Below are positions 18,646 through 23,373 of a stretch of DNA of 23,373 nucleotides, piece by piece. The stretch is taken from contig JBMYOQ010000066.1 in assembly GCA_049599475.1 (NCBI GenBank), forward strand, positions 1-23,373, written 5' to 3'. The first letter of the stretch is position 1. Every line of letters starts with the position of its first letter. The notes beneath the pieces are model-generated. The model saw only the letters and a list, made by a program, of their open reading frames with translations. It ran no database searches and had not been told where the DNA came from. The stretch comes from Opitutales bacterium. GTDB taxonomy: Bacteria; Verrucomicrobiota; Verrucomicrobiia; Opitutales; JABSRG01. The position numbers and the translations under genes are program-made.

Positions 18646-18680
18646 AAATCCCAAGAACCAAATCGGAAATCCCAGAAACC
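18646..18680. promoter_or_regulatory. Imperfect 14-bp direct repeat upstream of the ABC operon, possible operator
   Basis: AAATCCCAAGAACC (18646-18659) and AAATCCCAGAAACC (18667-18680), 12/14 identical, 21-bp period. Confidence 0.3.
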
Positions 18681-18690
18681 GTGTGGGAGT

Positions 18691-19020
18691 CTAGCTTTTG
18701 GATTCGGGATCTGAGGTCTGAGATTTCAATGCCTTCAGCTCCTCGGGCTTGAGCTTTCTTTTGATATTGTCGAGACGCGGATGGTCGAAGGGTATCATGG
18801 GGCTGATCACGAGCAGGTTATTGCTCTTTTGGACCTGGGTGAGCATGCCAGCGCCCGTGTAGCCGCGGATATACCAGTGCGTGCCCGAATAGGCATCGCC
18901 GGCTTCCTCGACGATTTCTGTGACACAGAGTATCTTGATCTGGCTGTCGTGTTTACCGGCTCGCGTAGAAAGGGCGAGGATGTCGCCTACGCAGATAATG
19001 CGGTCCATGATGTCTTGCAT
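18691..19020 (-). CDS. Hypothetical small cytoplasmic protein
   Basis: 109-aa ATG ORF that fills the gap between the chemoreceptor and the ABC operon on the same strand as both; no family recognised. Confidence 0.6.
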   Translation of the reverse strand: MQDIMDRIICVGDILALSTRAGKHDSQIKILCVTEIVEEAGDAYSGTHWYIRGYTGAGMLTQVQKSNNLLVISPMIPFDHPRLDNIKRKLKPEELKALKSQTSDPESKS

Positions 19021-19078
19021 CTAGGAATTCTGGACGCGATGGGCCCGCGATAGCAAAGGTTTTTAGCGGGTCCGCAAT

Positions 19079-20731
19079 CTAAGCAGTTTCTGTGGAGCGT
19101 GATTTAGAAGTAATCAGAGACTCTAGGCTACCCACCATATTCTCGAGGCGTTCGGTCTCCGTGATGAGGCTCGTCGCGCATGAGTTGGTGCGCTGGGCGA
19201 GGGATGCATTCTCGTCGGTTTGTTGGGAAATGTCGCCTAGGAGTGCGGTAAACGGGGTTAAGCGGGTGTCCTGCTCTCGGCAGAGATCTACGATGTAGGC
19301 GGCGGCAGATTTTACTTCCTCGATCTGTTGGGTAATGGTCTCGAATGCGGCTTCAACTTTGAGAAAGGTCCTGCGCCCGTCCTCTGCATTTTGAATATTT
19401 TCGGTAATTTGTTGCTCGGCTTCGTCGGCTGCTGTCGAGGCGTGTAATGCCAAACTCCTGACTTCTTCGGCCACAACAGAAAACCCTTGGCCAGCCTCAC
19501 CCGCGCGTGCTGCTTCCACGGCGGCATTGAGAGCCAGCAGATTGGTTTGGAAAGATACTTGATTGATACGCTCGGCGATACCTTGCACTGAAGTGCAGCC
19601 TTTTTCTATGCGATCCATGGCTGTCCTTAAATCACCGATACAGAGGGAACCTTGCTCGACTTGTTGAGAGACTACCTGGCTGGCATCATTGACCTTCGAT
19701 GTTTGGTCTTGGTTTTTCTGAACGATTTCAGTGATGTGCCCGATTTGATCCGTAAGGTGGTTCACGGCATCATTCGTTTTTTGCGATGCAGTGGAAAGGT
19801 TTTCTGAGAGCTCTAGGACGGTGCCGCCGGTCTGGGACATGGTATTGCCGGCATCGTCAATGGTCCCGACTGCTGACTTGAGGCCTCTGTTTATATATTT
19901 TCCTGCAACGACCCCAATGATCAGGCAGAGTAAAAAAAGGCAGGCGTTGGTGTAGAGCAGATTTGCGAGATTGTCCCTGAGTAGGGCCTCGCTCTCTTCG
20001 AGGGAGTGGACGAGATACAGGTTTGCGTTACCGACACCTGGGATTTCGCCAATGGAAAAGGACCTGTAGCGATAGAGTGGGCTGGGCGACTGGATATCAA
20101 ACTGTGTAGTAGATTGCCCAAGGATATGGCCTCCGACTTCGATTATCGCGGAGACATTGGAGGCCTCGGCAATTCTGGTGGCCAGTGTATTATCGTAGGA
20201 CTTCGCCGCGACGAGTACGCCAGTCGGGTCGCTTGGGTCTCCTATGGGTTTGGCGATCGCACGAACAAGGGCACCATCAACTATGATTTTGGAACACAGT
20301 GTCTCGCCTTCAAGAGCTGCTTCCACGATGCCCTGGACTTCGGGTTTATCCGCCATGATTTCTGAAATGCCGGCTGATGCTATGAACTCCCCGTAGAAAT
20401 CGTAACAGTCTACAATATCTATTGAAAATTGCTTGGACAAGGGGCCGAGTGAATCGACGATGGTTGCTGGGTCGCCGCTATCGATCACGGAGACCGTCAA
20501 TGGCAGCATGCTGAAAATGTCTGCGTCTTTCTCCAGAGTTTGAGAAGCGGAGTCTAGAAAATAGCGTGCTGTTACCTCCGCGCTGTCGAGGGTGCTTGTG
20601 GCATTGGTTTCGTTTTGACTCTTGGAAGATGTAATGGATTGCCATGACACACCTGTTGAAATAATACCTACAGTCGCGAAGATCAGAAAAGCGATTTTTG
20701 ACTGAATGGTCCTGAGGCGTGATGCGATCAT
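19079..20731 (-). CDS. Methyl-accepting chemotaxis protein with periplasmic (Cache-like) sensor domain
   Basis: TM1 ([16 protein letters not shown]), about 225-aa extracytoplasmic region, TM2 ([15 protein letters not shown]), hairpin tip [35 protein letters not shown]. Confidence 0.93.
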   Translation of the reverse strand: MIASRLRTIQSKIAFLIFATVGIISTGVSWQSITSSKSQNETNATSTLDSAEVTARYFLDSASQTLEKDADIFSMLPLTVSVIDSGDPATIVDSLGPLSKQFSIDIVDCYDFYGEFIASAGISEIMADKPEVQGIVEAALEGETLCSKIIVDGALVRAIAKPIGDPSDPTGVLVAAKSYDNTLATRIAEASNVSAIIEVGGHILGQSTTQFDIQSPSPLYRYRSFSIGEIPGVGNANLYLVHSLEESEALLRDNLANLLYTNACLFLLCLIIGVVAGKYINRGLKSAVGTIDDAGNTMSQTGGTVLELSENLSTASQKTNDAVNHLTDQIGHITEIVQKNQDQTSKVNDASQVVSQQVEQGSLCIGDLRTAMDRIEKGCTSVQGIAERINQVSFQTNLLALNAAVEAARAGEAGQGFSVVAEEVRSLALHASTAADEAEQQITENIQNAEDGRRTFLKVEAAFETITQQIEEVKSAAAYIVDLCREQDTRLTPFTALLGDISQQTDENASLAQRTNSCATSLITETERLENMVGSLESLITSKSRSTETA

Positions 20732-20778
20732 AGATGTGTGTGGTTGGCGAGGCTCGGTATTTTGAGTTCAGCGCTCTA

Positions 20779-21348
20779 TTATAAATCTGTATTTTTGTAG
20801 TCGAAGTAAGTGTGAAATAAGAAGTCGCGGTGTTCTACGCCGTTGTGGCATTGGATGCATTGAGTAAAGGCTGCTTGATAATTTCCACGAAAGCTATCGA
20901 AGAGCACTTCACCTTCGGGTGTCGCCTGGACGTATCGCCATTGTCCTGTTTGCATTTTATGCATGAATGTTACGTCAACGAGCTTGGAGCTGCCATCTTC
21001 CCGGATCTCGATGCTCGATTTAGCGATGAGCGTATCTGGAGCATACATTTTGAAACCGCCCGCTTCTTCGATCTCGAATTCATCCGCTCCCTGGGTTTCT
21101 AGCCGTTCTAGCTTATAATTATGTCCGAACGTTTCGATGGCTTCGTATTCACGAATATAGGAGGCGATGGTCTTGTTCCAATGAAGCGTCGAGGGACGTT
21201 CTTCGATTATTTTGTGCCATGATTTATATTCGCGCAGCCAGGTTTCGATTTCGCTGAGGGGTTTATCCGTTGTTTTTGCGCTGGGTGCACTGCATCCCCC
21301 GGCGACAAGCGCTAGAATCGTGATAATGATGGGCAGTGCTTTATTCAC
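20779..21348 (-). CDS. Cytochrome P460 / c'-beta family monoheme cytochrome, probable lipoprotein (GTG start)
   Basis: Lipoprotein-like leader ending LVAGGC19; YKSW; YAPDTLIAK110; FMHK...WRY; C-terminal CIQCH (C164-H168, nt 20845-20859) followed by DFLF. This is the motif order of the P460 fold. Confidence 0.72.
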   Translation of the reverse strand: MNKALPIIITILALVAGGCSAPSAKTTDKPLSEIETWLREYKSWHKIIEERPSTLHWNKTIASYIREYEAIETFGHNYKLERLETQGADEFEIEEAGGFKMYAPDTLIAKSSIEIREDGSSKLVDVTFMHKMQTGQWRYVQATPEGEVLFDSFRGNYQAAFTQCIQCHNGVEHRDFLFHTYFDYKNTDL

Positions 21349-21361
21349 CAGAAATTTCCCT

Positions 21362-21985
21362 CTAGTCGAAGGTGAGTTCTAAAGACCCATAGGTCTTCCC
21401 CTTGCGCGTAAGGTCGATTGTTTTGCTTTCGCCGGGTGCGATGTCTACAACTGCGCTGTCGAAGCGAGGGATCCACACCTTGATGCTTTGGGCCTCTGCA
21501 GGGACACCTTCTAGGCTAACTTCTTTGTTGAGCTCACCCTTGGCAAATTCGGCAACAGCTACATGTTGGGATTTCAAGTTTCCCACCCAAAGACGCATTT
21601 TGGGATGAATTTTGCAGCCGACGGAAATGAATGTATTGTCCGACCAGTTTACGTCCATGTCGGCGCTGTTGCCTGGATCGCTTAGTTTGGAGTCGAACTC
21701 GATTCCGGCGGCTGAATCACTCGCGAAGACGTTGTGCTGTACGGTATCTGAATTGTCGAAGGTGATCTTTGAGCCCGCGGGCGCGATCACGATATTTTCC
21801 GAAAACTCCTTATTGACCTGGTTGACTCGAATTGTCACCGGCTCGACTTCCTTATCGGATTCGATATAGATGATCGAGGCTTCTGGTGCGCGTTTGGTAT
21901 ACGAAAATACGCCTTTGATGGTATTTGTACCGTAGGCGAGGTTTGCGCAAAGGAGTAGTGCCAAGGTGCTGATATGGTGTTTCAT
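21362..21985 (-). CDS. Exported cupredoxin (type-1 copper; family often annotated 'methylamine utilization protein')
   Basis: Signal peptide; Q..KEF...IV...GSKITFDNSD...H84NVF and C124-K-I-H127-P-K-M130 give a full His/Cys/His/Met ligand set; extra C-terminal beta domain (IKVW). Confidence 0.82.
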   Translation of the reverse strand: MKHHISTLALLLCANLAYGTNTIKGVFSYTKRAPEASIIYIESDKEVEPVTIRVNQVNKEFSENIVIAPAGSKITFDNSDTVQHNVFASDSAAGIEFDSKLSDPGNSADMDVNWSDNTFISVGCKIHPKMRLWVGNLKSQHVAVAEFAKGELNKEVSLEGVPAEAQSIKVWIPRFDSAVVDIAPGESKTIDLTRKGKTYGSLELTFD

Positions 21986-22011
21986 CGGACAGTATGATTG
22001 GGTTAACGTTT

Positions 22012-23025
22012 CTATTTAGAAGCTACCGATACATCTACAACTGGACCTTCAGGAATTTCGGGGCGCTCGATGGTGACTGGATCTGTGAGCGCTCCCATGA
22101 ATGCGACGAGTGCATAAATCTCCTCTTCGGAAAGATTTAGCTTTTTGACGAGTGCACTCTTGTTCTTTTCGTCAGGCCCGCCGCCTTGGTTGTAGAAGCG
22201 GACGACATCCTCTAGGGTCTTTTCTGAGCCGTCATGCATGTAGGGTGCACTCAGAATGATATTGCGTAGGCCTGGCGTCTTGAACGCACCCGGGAGGGAT
22301 TGTACGATATCGCCGCGACCGTTGTCGCCGTTGTCGATGCCGAGGTTATGAAAACTCTCGTCGGTGAAATTGGGTCCGCTATGGCAATCGATGCACTGGG
22401 CTTTGCCTTTAAATAGCTCGAGGCCGTGAGCGGCTAGGGGGCTCATTGCGGATTTGTCTCCGGCAATGTAGCGATCAAATGCAGAATTATCAGAAATGAA
22501 CGTGCGCTCAAATGCGGCGATAGCCTTGCCAATATTTTCTAAGGTAACGCCATCTGGATAGATTTTAGTAAAAGCTTCCTGATAGTAGGGGACGGCTCGA
22601 ATACGCGCTTCAGCCTTAGGGCCGGGCATGTTCATCTCGCCCTCGGCCTGAATGGGACCGATCGCCTGCTCCTCGAGTGAACCCGCACGACCATCCCAGA
22701 AGAAGGTAGTTCCCCACGCGAGATTGTAGAGGTGCGGCGCGTGACGGCCGAGTTTATTGTCCATCGTGCCCTGGCCGAATGCAACGCCATCGCTAAACCC
22801 GAGTTCTGGGTTGTGGCATGTTGCGCATGACATGTCGGCGTTGAGAGACAGCCGATTATCGAAAAATAGAAATTTACCCAGCTCTATTTCCTCTGGGGAG
22901 TGGGGTTCCCAGTCGGGATATTCTATGTCGCTCCGATCTGGGGTTCCAAGATCAGCGGCATGCGATATCGCGCAGGACGCGATTAGAGCTAGTATGCTCT
23001 GAAGGATACGGGATTTTTGATTCAT
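22012..23025 (-). CDS. Diheme cytochrome c peroxidase/MauG superfamily protein, MauG-type
   Basis: Signal peptide; LGKFLFFD.RLS, CATCH (67-71), FFWDGRA, EQAIGPIQAEGEM, CIDCH (211-215), FKTPGLRN, APYMHDGS...VVRFY278, LVAFM.ALT. Confidence 0.93.
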   Translation of the reverse strand: MNQKSRILQSILALIASCAISHAADLGTPDRSDIEYPDWEPHSPEEIELGKFLFFDNRLSLNADMSCATCHNPELGFSDGVAFGQGTMDNKLGRHAPHLYNLAWGTTFFWDGRAGSLEEQAIGPIQAEGEMNMPGPKAEARIRAVPYYQEAFTKIYPDGVTLENIGKAIAAFERTFISDNSAFDRYIAGDKSAMSPLAAHGLELFKGKAQCIDCHSGPNFTDESFHNLGIDNGDNGRGDIVQSLPGAFKTPGLRNIILSAPYMHDGSEKTLEDVVRFYNQGGGPDEKNKSALVKKLNLSEEEIYALVAFMGALTDPVTIERPEIPEGPVVDVSVASK

Positions 23026-23131
23026 ACAGCAAATTGCAATGGGTTTTGAGGTCCTTCAGCAGCGAGAAATGTATGAATGGAAATCGCGGACTGTACTGTT
23101 ATCTTTAGGCCATTTTCGATTAACAATGAAT

Positions 23132-23160
23132 TTTCTAACGTTTAATTTCGATGGTTTCAA
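23132..23160 (-). promoter_or_regulatory. Candidate sigma70-type promoter for the MauG-cupredoxin-P460-MCP cluster
   Basis: Minus strand reads TTGAAA-N17-TAGAAA in AT-rich intergenic DNA about 105 nt upstream of the ATG at 23025. The -10 element is weak (lacks the final T). Confidence 0.3.
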
Positions 23161-23373
23161 TCGAGTCGCTATTCACCCTCCTGGGTGTTTAAGAGATATC
23201 GAATTGGAGGCAGATAGTGTAAAATAATTGTTTCTAAATCCCCAAAGTGCGCCTGGGCTCCCAGCATTTTAGCTATTTTGCCAGGTTTTTAGGCCGAATA
23301 TACCTGGGGTCCCGCAGTTATAATCTTTTATGAAGCGTCCAGTATTCTCCCCAAATTTGTTTCCTTTTAAGCG

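Noticed and set aside
18781..19053. 90-aa plus-strand ORF as an alternative to 18691-19020
   Set aside because: Antisense to the preferred ORF and against the uniform minus-strand orientation of the region, though neither ORF has homology support.
19041..19073. GGGCCCGC/GCGGGTCC stem after the MCP as an intrinsic terminator
   Set aside because: Imperfect stem, 17-nt loop and no U-tract on the minus strand; too weak to call.
20779..21348. Evidence that the organism is a nitrifier or methanotroph
   Set aside because: P460-fold proteins occur in many non-nitrifiers, and no amo/pmo/hao genes are present here.
21362..23025. Methylamine utilisation (mau) or methanobactin (mbnPH) locus
   Set aside because: No MADH subunits, mauD/E, MbnP-like protein or TonB receptor in the window, and the MauG W199 equivalent is absent. 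Gene symbols were therefore withheld.
1..23373. CRISPR array, tRNA/rRNA, integrase or IS element
   Set aside because: No regularly spaced repeats, cloverleaf/rRNA signatures or transposase/integrase motifs seen by eye; intergenic gaps are mostly too short.

Overview
Gene-dense bacterial window, most likely Verrucomicrobiota (Opitutales/Puniceicoccales-like). This is an inference from the modular secreted sulfatase, the DUF2062 and Fpg types, and the repeat styles. The left third is housekeeping: aldose-1-epimerase-family protein, YfgM-like TPR protein, purU, carB, DUF2062, an Fpg/Nei glycosylase and a CobB sirtuin, with REP-like palindromes between genes. The middle holds a lower-GC SF1 (DNA2/NAM7-like) helicase with a degenerate C-terminal nuclease-like domain, a 1.18-kaa FN3+LamG+S1 sulfatase, and a complete polar amino-acid ABC importer. 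The most notable feature is a tight minus-strand cluster at 19079-23025 encoding four envelope proteins: a MauG-type diheme enzyme (Tyr at the MauG Tyr294 axial-ligand position), a type-1 copper cupredoxin, a cytochrome P460-like lipoprotein retaining the cross-linking Lys, and a methyl-accepting chemoreceptor. It is a candidate undescribed periplasmic redox/N-oxide-processing module wired to chemosensory signalling. No rRNA, tRNA, CRISPR array, integrase or transposase was seen. All family calls come from motif recognition by eye; no database searches were run.
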